From IMG/VR virus record IMGVR_UViG_3300018424_000012: a stretch of DNA of 64,000 nt. The stretch is one strand, 5' to 3'. Below are positions 50,764-58,769 of this stretch, piece by piece; the stretch's first letter is position 1, and the number at the start of each line of letters is the position of its first letter. This stretch comes from an uncultured virus (IMG/VR IMGVR_UViG_3300018424_000012). Its lineage: Duplodnaviria > Heunggongvirae > Uroviricota > Caudoviricetes. A program made the translations under genes and the position numbers. The notes beneath the pieces are model-generated. The model had not been told where the DNA came from. It saw nothing but the letters and a program-made list of their open reading frames with translations, and ran no database searches.

Positions 50764-50797
50764 AAAAGAAAAAGGGTTACCATTGCTGATAACCCTT
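50764..50797 (-). terminator. Probable terminator downstream of gp32
   Basis: AAGGGTTA..TAACCCTT stem followed by T-run on minus strand. Confidence 0.65.
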
Positions 50798-50904
50798 ACT
50801 TTCACTGTTAATTTTTTATGAAGTACCTACAGCAAGCGCATGTAGACCAAACTAGTATAAGGCGCATACATCATAAAGGAATAACTTCCAGTTCTCCTAT
50901 GTGT

Positions 50905-51825
50905 TTAATCTTCAGATGCTAACTTGCTGAAGTATGACATTGCTTCATCATCTTCATCATCATCAACATTAGAAGTTGTTGCAACTTGTGGTGTAGATTT
51001 CTCTTCTGCCACCCAAGGTGCGCTTTCTTCTGCAACAGGTGCTGGCGCACTTGGTGCAAAAGTCTCTGGTGCTGAATTCAAGTTCAGTACCAAATCTAGT
51101 TTTGCTTTCAATTCGTCATAAGATTTAAAGTTAGAAGGCGCAACAAACTCTTGCAGTTTGTATTGAGACTTCCATAGACTTTCAATCTTCTCATCATTAC
51201 CTTCAAACAAAGGTGACGCACTATCAAACTCAGATTTATCGTAGTTAGTAAAACCTTCTACTTTACGAATTTTGAGTTTGAAGTTACAACCTGCCCAAGG
51301 ATCAAATGGGTTGACAGGTGTTTCATCTTCGAACTGTGGTTTCATGTGATCCATAATCTTATCAAAGATTTTTTTACCAAACTTAAACAGTTTGACTTGA
51401 CCTTCATTCTCAGGATGCTTTGGGTCAGAGACTACTAAGACATTAGCGATATACGAAAGTCTACGCTTCTGCTTTCGTGCAATATCTTTGTTTGCTTCAG
51501 TGCCAGAGTTCCACAGAATAGAGTTATACTCTGCTACAGGGTCTTTCTGATTGAGGGTAGTGAGTGAGTTTTCAATATACCACTTACCAGTAGGACCTTG
51601 AAACCCGTGATTGAAAACACGAACCCAAGGAAGTTCTTCACCTTCACTTTGAGGAAGAAAACGAATTACAGCATAACCATTACCAGACTTATCAAGTTCT
51701 GGACGCCAGAAGCGTTCATCTTGATTGCTGTTGTTTGACTGTTGGGGTTTGTTTACTTTATCTACTTCTGAAAGTAGGCGGGATAGGTTGTCGTTAGACT
51801 TTTTTAGTTGTGCAAAATTTGTCAT
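50905..51825 (-). CDS. gp32: Single-stranded DNA-binding protein
   Basis: DERFW, GNGYAVIRFLP, WYIENSLTT, FGKKIFDKI, acidic tail ending YFSKLA. Confidence 0.98.
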   Translation of the reverse strand: MTNFAQLKKSNDNLSRLLSEVDKVNKPQQSNNSNQDERFWRPELDKSGNGYAVIRFLPQSEGEELPWVRVFNHGFQGPTGKWYIENSLTTLNQKDPVAEYNSILWNSGTEANKDIARKQKRRLSYIANVLVVSDPKHPENEGQVKLFKFGKKIFDKIMDHMKPQFEDETPVNPFDPWAGCNFKLKIRKVEGFTNYDKSEFDSASPLFEGNDEKIESLWKSQYKLQEFVAPSNFKSYDELKAKLDLVLNLNSAPETFAPSAPAPVAEESAPWVAEEKSTPQVATTSNVDDDEDDEAMSYFSKLASED

Positions 51826-51886
51826 TTGTATTACCTCGTATGTACGTTATATTGCGTTGTATAAGTTTATCTTATCCACATATTCA

Positions 51887-52522
51887 TCATATGCTACTAT
51901 TTATACGACTTTCATCATATTTCTGTTGCTTACTATACACTATTGCCTTGTATTTGTCAACATCAAAATCAAGAAAAGGTCGGTATTTAATTAACTTTCG
52001 CCGTTCTTCTTTCCAGAAGAAATCATCACCGAGCGTCTTATCCCAATATGTCAAATAGTTGTTAATAGCATCTAGTATCAACATCGTTTCGATTGTTACA
52101 TCTCCACGACTATACATTTGTAGTAGAAGAGGATGTTGCTCATCTTTAACTACAAAGCATTTGTCGAACTTATTGATATTCTCTTCATCAAGTTCTGAAC
52201 AAATCTCATCAAGGTCATCATGCAAGTTTTTAGTTAAACTCTGTAAGCGACCTTTCCATTTATTATATACTTGTAATGCTTCTTCATAAATGAAAGCACC
52301 ACCCCATCGATTACCATCAACATGATTAGCAATTAAAAACTTAGGTAGTTCATCTTCACTAAACTCTTCTGCAAGTTTCTTAAAATTAAACTGGTCAGAC
52401 CTTTTATAAAAAGTTTCATCTTTTGTCTTGACTGCGCCTCTAGTCTTTGTTATATCATATCTATCTGTTGTGAAGTGTAACTTAAAAGCAAGATACACAT
52501 TGAAAGCATCGAATTCATTCAT
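51887..52522 (-). CDS. gp59: Helicase loader
   Basis: YLAFKLHFT...YD, F.KR.D, ETM.ILD, KY.PFL; start at MNEF (ATGA overlap). Confidence 0.92.
   Translation of the reverse strand: MNEFDAFNVYLAFKLHFTTDRYDITKTRGAVKTKDETFYKRSDQFNFKKLAEEFSEDELPKFLIANHVDGNRWGGAFIYEEALQVYNKWKGRLQSLTKNLHDDLDEICSELDEENINKFDKCFVVKDEQHPLLLQMYSRGDVTIETMLILDAINNYLTYWDKTLGDDFFWKEERRKLIKYRPFLDFDVDKYKAIVYSKQQKYDESRINSSI
51932..51960 (-). promoter_or_regulatory. Sigma70-type promoter for gp32 (late box also at 51898-51905)
   Basis: TTGACA-17 nt-TATAGT on minus strand. Confidence 0.75.
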
Positions 52523-53106
52523 CTGTAAGGTTTGCCGCATATCCATCCTACTAAACTATATCTCTTACCTTTTGTGACTGGTCGAACCCTATGATAAGTA
52601 AATGATGGAAAAACAATTGCTTCTCCTGTCTTTACTTGACACAATTCAGTTCTATTCTCTTCATGTGGTAGTCCTAATTCAAATTCAAACTCACCACCCT
52701 CATAATCATGATTAAGTAGCACAGAGAAACTAATCTTTCTAATCTTACCTTGTAGATACTTGTCAGTATCAGTATACGGCACACTTCTCTGGTCGGCGTG
52801 CCAATTGTAATGTTGTTCAGGACCATAAGTTGTAAATTGTAAATCTTCGATTGCATCATAATCAAAGTTCCAATTATTATTTACATTCTCCAGATATATC
52901 ATTTTAAGTAAAGGTTTATAAATGAATTCAGTATCAGAATTTCTTTTGAACCAAGATATAGAACTATTTCTGTGTCCCTGTATTGCCGCTTCAGTTCCAT
53001 CTATCTTAGCATCTTCTAAATTCACTTCGCCCATCTGAATAATTTTATCAACTTCAGGTAAAGTAAAAACAGGTTTTGTAGTTGAATAACAATATTTTAA
53101 AATCAT
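52519..53106 (-). CDS. 2OG-Fe(II) oxygenase
   Basis: Y.WHAD, RKIS.S.LL, YEGG.F, FPS...HRV.PVT.G.RYSLV.W. Confidence 0.93.
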   Translation of the reverse strand: MILKYCYSTTKPVFTLPEVDKIIQMGEVNLEDAKIDGTEAAIQGHRNSSISWFKRNSDTEFIYKPLLKMIYLENVNNNWNFDYDAIEDLQFTTYGPEQHYNWHADQRSVPYTDTDKYLQGKIRKISFSVLLNHDYEGGEFEFELGLPHEENRTELCQVKTGEAIVFPSFTYHRVRPVTKGKRYSLVGWICGKPYR

Positions 53107-53330
53107 ACCGGCAACTCCGCAGTAGTCTTAGGTAAATAATGTAAGTCTTGTGCATTGACAGTGACTTTATCTTTAAGTGTTTTACTCACAAACTTCTTCA
53201 CATCTTCTGGTTCAAGTTCATGCTCATCACAATATAGAAGAATAGCATCCATATGCGTGATTGCTTTATCTAGTACAATATCTTCAATAATTTTACTAAA
53301 TCTTTTTGGTGTCATTGGTTCAGGATTCAT
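53103..53330 (-). CDS. gp33: Late transcription co-activator
   Basis: F...IE, DAI..YC...E.EPE, LK.K...A..L.YL, LPV. Confidence 0.88.
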   Translation of the reverse strand: MNPEPMTPKRFSKIIEDIVLDKAITHMDAILLYCDEHELEPEDVKKFVSKTLKDKVTVNAQDLHYLPKTTAELPV

Positions 53331-53830
53331 TAGTCCCACCTATAAAAAATATGGTCATCGATTTGTCCAATTCTTGTTTTTTCTTTGTTCCAATCTGGAT
53401 TGACATAATCTGCATGATAGTGTGTAGCACCTTCAATCATGCCAGCGTATCTGTTTGTTAATATTCTATTAACAAGTCTCAAAATTCTTTCATATGCTTC
53501 TGTGTCATGTATGATTTCTGGTTTACCGTCACAGAACCAGGAGAACTGACATCTGTGCCTTCTAGGTATATCTTTACCTTTTTCTTCTTTCCACCAAGTT
53601 GAATATTCTGCTTGGTATACAACTTCACAAATCGTATCAGGAAATCTACTATCACGAACACGATTGATAACTACAAGACCAACTGCTATTTGACCTGCAG
53701 TAGATTGTGACTTTGCTTCATGATATATGTTATTAGCAAGACATACTTTTGAATTAGTGCTTGGTAGTTTTACATCATCTGCTAATGCGCTAGATGCAAG
53801 TAATAAAAAAGGTGCGAGATATTTAATCAT
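53330..53830 (-). CDS. SleB-like cell wall hydrolase
   Basis: CLA.NIYHEA, V.NRV...FP.TIC.VV.Q, CQFSW.CDG, GATHYHA.YV.P.W, HIFY. Confidence 0.93.
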   Translation of the reverse strand: MIKYLAPFLLLASSALADDVKLPSTNSKVCLANNIYHEAKSQSTAGQIAVGLVVINRVRDSRFPDTICEVVYQAEYSTWWKEEKGKDIPRRHRCQFSWFCDGKPEIIHDTEAYERILRLVNRILTNRYAGMIEGATHYHADYVNPDWNKEKTRIGQIDDHIFYRWD

Positions 53831-53858
53831 TAGACTAATATACATTATTATAATAAAG

Positions 53859-53884
53859 AAGTCAAGGGATTTCTCCCTTGACTT
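53859..53884 (-). terminator. Hairpin terminator overlapping the next -35 box
   Basis: AAGTCAAGGGA-GAAA-TCCCTTGACTT then CTTTATT on minus strand. Confidence 0.75.
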
Positions 53885-53897
53885 TACACTTTTACCA

Positions 53898-54116
53898 TTA
53901 GCGTTGTGAAACGAAAGAATTCATCTCATTTGCTAGTTTGCTGATATCTTCGAATGTCGGAAATGGCGGCATTTCTGGAAACTGAACATCTAGTCCTGCT
54001 TCTTTGTCTGCATAGTATTTCTCTTTAACATTATTGATATCAGTGTGATATTGCTCTGTGAGCAACTCTCTGGCGCTTTGTATCATACTAAAGCGTAAGT
54101 CGAATGGATTACTCAT
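53898..54116 (-). CDS. Hypothetical protein (72 aa)
   Basis: AAGGAGA RBS before ATG at 54116; MSNPFDLRF...PTFEDI..LA.....FVS. Confidence 0.7.
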   Translation of the reverse strand: MSNPFDLRFSMIQSARELLTEQYHTDINNVKEKYYADKEAGLDVQFPEMPPFPTFEDISKLANEMNSFVSQR

Positions 54117-54149
54117 ACTATTTCTCCTTGTGTGTATGTGTGTAATGTA

Positions 54150-54440
54150 GGGTGAAGCAATTGCTTCTTCTGTTTCCAGGCGTCCCCACAACACCCAGAA
54201 GATTATGCCGCTAGGCGAACATCTTCATATGCAATGTTATCGTTTGCATTTATGTTTTTGAATTCTCTTCATGCCTTCTTAATGCAGTCGAACCTATTTC
54301 GCCCCCATCAAAAGCACACTGGGATTGTATTGTTCCACTGACGGTCTTGATACAAACACCATCCAGTGTGCTTTTGGTGGAGGCGGTGGGTACTGCCCCC
54401 ACGTCCTACAATCCTCCAACATGTGTCATCAAATTCAATT
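54150..54440 (-). ncRNA. ssrA: Two-piece (circularly permuted) tmRNA, alphaproteobacterial type
   Basis: Acceptor piece ends GTGGG-GGCAGTA-CCCAC-CGCCTCC-A-CCA at 54375; coding piece starts GGGGGCGAAATAGGTTCGAC at 54306; G3:U Ala determinant; tag ANDNIAYEDVRLAA* at 54247-54203. Outer boundaries approximate. Confidence 0.95.
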
Positions 54441-54441
54441 C

Positions 54442-54472
54442 TATTTATACTACATTCAAGCAACTTTGTCAA
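54442..54472 (-). promoter_or_regulatory. Overlapping sigma70 and late promoter for tmRNA
   Basis: TTGACA (54472-54467)-17 nt-TATAAA, extended to TATAAATA (54449-54442). Confidence 0.8.
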
Positions 54473-55520
54473 GAACATATGGGTCGATATCTAGATATTT
54501 ACCCCATTCAGTATAGTAGTGTCTCATACCTACTTCATCATGTATAGTTCCATTCTCATGTCTTCCATGTAGAATGTTTCTTGTTTCTGTACCTTCACGC
54601 ATTGTTGTGCCTTGACCTGCTACACCAATAAGGTCTTCGTGCAAGTTTCTACCGAAAGGTCCCCATATACTATTGTGATGCTTGATACGAGTTTGTCTTT
54701 CTTCTGATGTATCTTTTCTTAATCCATATCCACGAAACTCAATCAATACTTTATTCGGACCAAGTGGTGTTACTGTGTCTGAACGATATGCACTCCCACG
54801 GAGGTTAAAGTTGAATCCTGGAAAGAGGTCGACCATGTACCACTGGTTGGGCGGCAGATTGGGAAAAGATAAATCCCCTCTATCTTCAAATCCGTCATAC
54901 TCTTCGTAATTAACAGTAAAACTACTAACATTAACATGACCGTTATCAAAAGGAATATTTTTTCTAGCGAAATATTCATCATTGAATCCTGACACTCTAT
55001 TAAAGTAATGCATGAAGTCGTGATAGAATTCACTGTTTGTGTCATGCCACAGTTTGTAGTTTGTATCTATCACTGCTTTGTGATAGTGAAAGACTTCCAT
55101 TTCTTCTGTGTCAATTGCGTCTGCAATACAATCAAATGCACCTGCAGTCCATTCTTCTACTGACTGTGTGGGGTTAGGGTTAAGTGTTACCCAAACCATA
55201 CCCCCATGCTTGACTTCACAATATATCTCATTACCTTCGTAAGGACAAGATAAACAACCAGAGACTTGCTCAATAGAATGGTCTCTGAATGCTCTAACAC
55301 CATCATGGTCATTCACTGCAATTACATTCACACCTGCTATTTGCGTAGTGCGAAACTCACCTGTCTCATACATCTCAGAGATGTGACACATCGGTACCCA
55401 GACTTTACTGAATATTAGTTCTTGTTCTTGTTTGTATACTTCGTAGTTATTATATGCTCTACTACTAATTGCTTCTATTCGTGGTGCTGATGACCACTGC
55501 TTATGATTACGAGGTGGCAT
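54456..55520 (-). CDS. msmA: Methanesulfonate monooxygenase alpha-subunit-like protein lacking the Rieske cluster
   Basis: EVFHYHKAV..TNYKLWHDTNSEFYHD.MHYFNR and WGPFGRNLHED match MsmA as recalled; no CxH...CxxH. Confidence 0.8.
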   Translation of the reverse strand: MPPRNHKQWSSAPRIEAISSRAYNNYEVYKQEQELIFSKVWVPMCHISEMYETGEFRTTQIAGVNVIAVNDHDGVRAFRDHSIEQVSGCLSCPYEGNEIYCEVKHGGMVWVTLNPNPTQSVEEWTAGAFDCIADAIDTEEMEVFHYHKAVIDTNYKLWHDTNSEFYHDFMHYFNRVSGFNDEYFARKNIPFDNGHVNVSSFTVNYEEYDGFEDRGDLSFPNLPPNQWYMVDLFPGFNFNLRGSAYRSDTVTPLGPNKVLIEFRGYGLRKDTSEERQTRIKHHNSIWGPFGRNLHEDLIGVAGQGTTMREGTETRNILHGRHENGTIHDEVGMRHYYTEWGKYLDIDPYVLDKVA

Positions 55521-55583
55521 ACTAGTCTCCTTTCTGCCATATCAAATATTTATTTCTCAAGCAATATTTTTTGTTACTATCAC

Positions 55584-55970
55584 TTAATAGGAAGTTCGTA
55601 TACCGGTTTCTGCTTTTTTAAAAAGTAAACTATTAATTTCTAAACCTTTACCCATAGAGATGAAGCAAGTAATTTTATTCGGAGGTATGAATTCTAAAAT
55701 AGTAATAGTTCCAGTATCGACATTACCAATTATTTCAATTCCAGTTTGAATATCACTGACGTATCTCATTATACCAATTTCACCATGAGACTGTTGAAAA
55801 TTTTTCTTAACCACATCATATTCATCGGAAGTACAAGTAACAGTTTTGCTAGATTGAAATACACTAGGTTCTGGTTCTACTTCAGGTAAGTCTTTTGGTT
55901 CTGCACTAGCAAAACCTGCTAAAAATGATATAGACCAAATTAGCACTATTACATATACTACATTTTTCAT
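55584..55970 (-). CDS. Hypothetical exported protein
   Basis: Signal-peptide-like N-terminus (..GFASA), two Cys. Confidence 0.7.
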   Translation of the reverse strand: MKNVVYVIVLIWSISFLAGFASAEPKDLPEVEPEPSVFQSSKTVTCTSDEYDVVKKNFQQSHGEIGIMRYVSDIQTGIEIIGNVDTGTITILEFIPPNKITCFISMGKGLEINSLLFKKAETGIRTSY

Positions 55971-55985
55971 TTTACTTTCCTTTGC

Positions 55986-56510
55986 TCACTGTATGAGCAT
56001 ATTAAAAGGCATTGTAATTCTAAACTCATCTTCATAATGAGCAGGCATATCATGTTCTAACCAACCAGGAAAGAAAACTACTTTGCCTTTTTCAGCAACT
56101 TCGACATGAGGTTGCCAATTGAATACTTGAGGTCTAGGATCATAAAAATTTGTTTGACCAATAGTATCAAAGTAAACAATAGCACATATCATTTCTTTAC
56201 CGCCATGATTGTGCTTTGAGTGAACATTACCTTTAGGTACATAGTTAAAGAAACTATTCTCCACTCTTACTCGGCGTTCTGACAATATTGTTGCAACTCT
56301 AACAACACTGTCACTAATTAATTTACAAGAAGGACCTATACTATCAACAGTTTCTAAAAAAGTATTGTAAGTGGTAAAGTATTGTTGAATTCCACTTTTA
56401 TTATTTTTAGCATACTCTACTAATTCTTCTTTACAATCATCAACAAGTGATGTCGGTAAAAAGTATTTATATAAGTTTGAGGAAAAGAGTTGAATGTTGT
56501 CAATATCCAT
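55986..56510 (-). CDS. Putative 2OG-Fe(II) oxygenase (TIGR02466-like)
   Basis: HNH, F.DPRP, FFPGWLEH, RIT..FN. Confidence 0.8.
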   Translation of the reverse strand: MDIDNIQLFSSNLYKYFLPTSLVDDCKEELVEYAKNNKSGIQQYFTTYNTFLETVDSIGPSCKLISDSVVRVATILSERRVRVENSFFNYVPKGNVHSKHNHGGKEMICAIVYFDTIGQTNFYDPRPQVFNWQPHVEVAEKGKVVFFPGWLEHDMPAHYEDEFRITMPFNMLIQ

Positions 56511-57171
56511 GAGCATCTCGCCATGCATCTCTGACACTTCGATATTGTTCTATGTAATCATCTCTCTTAACTTTGAATAGTTGTGCTTCATCACCCTCAA
56601 CTGCAATCAAGATACAAATCTGGTCAATAGGTTTTGCAGTTCTCTCTTCGAACATAACTGCATACGCCGCACCTTGCATGAAGTAATTGCTGATGTACTC
56701 TTCTTTTTTAGGTTTACTTGATGTCTTGAAATCGATAATAGACAAACGATTATCAAACTCAGCAACGCAATCCACACGACCTGCAGTTTGTAGAAACTTT
56801 GAGTACATAGTTTTTTCTTGAAAGTGTATATTGTCTATACGATGTAAGAAAGGTTTAATACTACTGAACATAGACATCTCACCAGGACCCTCAATCTTAG
56901 GTTCTTTATTGTTGAGATAGTCTTCGCACTGATAATGAAATCTTGTACCTCTTGATGATGCTTGGCGAGATATCTTGTTCGCCGCTTCATCACCTACTCG
57001 CTTGCGCCACTCCATAATACCTTTACGAGTGTGCCAACCTAAGACTGTAGTAACTGATGGATATTTTTGACCATCTGGTGTAACGTACAGTCTTAGGTTG
57101 TCGTTTTGCTCAGTTGTTAATTCTGGTAGACTACTATTATAATCAATTTCTTCAATGTGTGTATATTTCAC
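56500..57171 (-). CDS. PD-(D/E)xK exonuclease
   Basis: YPSVTTVL, RGT.FH, AGRVDC, IIDFKTS, YFMQ..AY. Confidence 0.92.
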   Translation of the reverse strand: MKYTHIEEIDYNSSLPELTTEQNDNLRLYVTPDGQKYPSVTTVLGWHTRKGIMEWRKRVGDEAANKISRQASSRGTRFHYQCEDYLNNKEPKIEGPGEMSMFSSIKPFLHRIDNIHFQEKTMYSKFLQTAGRVDCVAEFDNRLSIIDFKTSSKPKKEEYISNYFMQGAAYAVMFEERTAKPIDQICILIAVEGDEAQLFKVKRDDYIEQYRSVRDAWRDAHGY

Positions 57172-57190
57172 TTTTTCATCCTCTAGTGTG

Positions 57191-57219
57191 AATATAACAC
57201 ACTATAATGTAATTGTCAA
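57191..57219 (-). promoter_or_regulatory. Sigma70-type promoter
   Basis: TTGACA-17 nt-TATATT upstream of exonuclease. Confidence 0.65.
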
Positions 57220-57794
57220 GTCTTTATAGAATTTCTATCTGCTTCTCTAGTATTTTCATCATCATCACTCTCGGCGAGTTCTATTGCGTATTCAGTTGTA
57301 TCGTTATTACGATTTGTCCAACCTCTACCGAAAGTATCAAATGTACTCAGACTTTCATAGTAGTCTTGACGATTTGATTGATACTTCTTGATAGTTTCTA
57401 CTAGACCATTTTCTTTCACATATGATTTCAGTGCTTTCAGAGTATTGGGTCCTATCCCACCGTCTGCAGTAGTACCAATCATCTTCTGCAAATATTTTGC
57501 GGCACGACCTGTACCTGCATTTACTCCAAAGTCAAAAACACACAAGTCTAGACCATCAGGAAGTTTGTCTCCCTTAATTCTATCCCAATAGTTTTTCTTA
57601 TAGATTGGTCTTACATCATCTTCTGTTAAGTCTTTCATATCTTGTTCAGATACTTCGTGACCAACCCACTCTTCATAAACTCTCTTGGTGACACCCATAT
57701 TCGTGATACCACCAGGGTCTTTTGGATGATTTACATAACCACCCTCATGAATGAGAACTTTAGAAATGCAGTTTCCCCAATTCTCTTTTGCCAT
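57216..57794 (-). CDS. GH108 lysozyme (endolysin) with peptidoglycan-binding domain
   Basis: HEGGYVNHPKDPGG.TN.GVT, FD.GVN.G, DG.IGP.T, FGRGW. Confidence 0.95.
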   Translation of the reverse strand: MAKENWGNCISKVLIHEGGYVNHPKDPGGITNMGVTKRVYEEWVGHEVSEQDMKDLTEDDVRPIYKKNYWDRIKGDKLPDGLDLCVFDFGVNAGTGRAAKYLQKMIGTTADGGIGPNTLKALKSYVKENGLVETIKKYQSNRQDYYESLSTFDTFGRGWTNRNNDTTEYAIELAESDDDENTREADRNSIKT

Positions 57795-57796
57795 CT

Positions 57797-57958
57797 TTAT
57801 TCTCCTTTGAATATTGTCCAAGCACCGTATGCAATCGCACCATATGCTACGATATCAGCGATTGGTGCAAAAATTAAAAATGCTACGCCAGCGCCAATAA
57901 GCACTGCTCCATCCCAACTAGTTCTTTCGCCAATTCTTGCGTTAATCCATTTTCTCAT
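57797..57958 (-). CDS. Small membrane protein, holin candidate
   Basis: 53 aa with two hydrophobic segments directly upstream of the endolysin; AGGAGA RBS. Confidence 0.6.
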   Translation of the reverse strand: MRKWINARIGERTSWDGAVLIGAGVAFLIFAPIADIVAYGAIAYGAWTIFKGE

Positions 57959-57971
57959 TTTACTTCTCCTT

Positions 57972-58718
57972 TCAGGCAACTTGTCGCATCTTCTTATCTA
58001 CGCTTTCAAATATACCTTCATATTGTTTTTGGTTCTTGCTTATTATATATTCTTTCACAAGACCGCTTCTTACAATATCTTCTTCAGTAAAGTCAATTGT
58101 TTCAAAAGATTTCATATTTTTGATTATATCCATAAACTGAATAAGACCTCGTTGTTCTGCATTGTTCTTCAAGTCAGTTTGCATGAAGTCCCCACAGAAA
58201 AAGATACGACTATTATCTCCCACTCTTGTAATGATTGTGTCTAACTCATGAAAGTTTAGATTTTGACATTCATCTACAATAATGAAAGCATCTCGTAATG
58301 TTACACCTCTTATATATGAGGTCGGCACAAATTCTACAATGTCTTGATACTTAGCGAGTTCGTATGGATTCTCTACATCTGGAAACATTTCATCAAAGAG
58401 AGAATAGTAAGGTTCAGTATATACACTTGTTTTTTCTTCTTGTGAACCTGGCAAGAAACCTATGTCTCTTGTTGGTAACATTGACCTAACAATATAAACT
58501 TTCTGTTGGTCAACTTGTCTAGATAAAACTGCTCTCATTGCAAGATAAAGCATAATAAATGTTTTACCTGTTCCAGCACATCCATGCATCATCAAATGTT
58601 TATCTTCGTTAAACGCCTCAAATGTTCTGAGTTGATTATCTGTAATCGGATTTATTTTCTTTAGTGATGATTTAGTTAAGCATTTTGCTCTTACCGCTAA
58701 GGACTTTTGTTTTGACAT
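57972..58718 (-). CDS. phoH: PhoH-like ATPase
   Basis: G.AGTGKT, IGFLPG, RG.T, DECQN, GD..Q.D, DIVRSGLV. Confidence 0.96.
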   Translation of the reverse strand: MSKQKSLAVRAKCLTKSSLKKINPITDNQLRTFEAFNEDKHLMMHGCAGTGKTFIMLYLAMRAVLSRQVDQQKVYIVRSMLPTRDIGFLPGSQEEKTSVYTEPYYSLFDEMFPDVENPYELAKYQDIVEFVPTSYIRGVTLRDAFIIVDECQNLNFHELDTIITRVGDNSRIFFCGDFMQTDLKNNAEQRGLIQFMDIIKNMKSFETIDFTEEDIVRSGLVKEYIISKNQKQYEGIFESVDKKMRQVA

Positions 58719-58769
58719 TAATTTCTCCTCTACATGTCATGCATTGTATTGAAGCATCAAATAACATCA

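Noticed and set aside
54375..54406. Stand-alone tRNA gene
   Set aside because: Only T-arm and acceptor 3' strand are present; the 5' half lies downstream with a tag frame, so it is tmRNA
54325..54547. Two plus-strand ORFs and the extension of the 53898 ORF to 54194
   Set aside because: They overlap the tmRNA; the real ORF has a strong RBS at ATG 54116
57642..58244. 200-aa plus-strand ORF
   Set aside because: Antisense to three well-supported genes (GH108, membrane protein, phoH)
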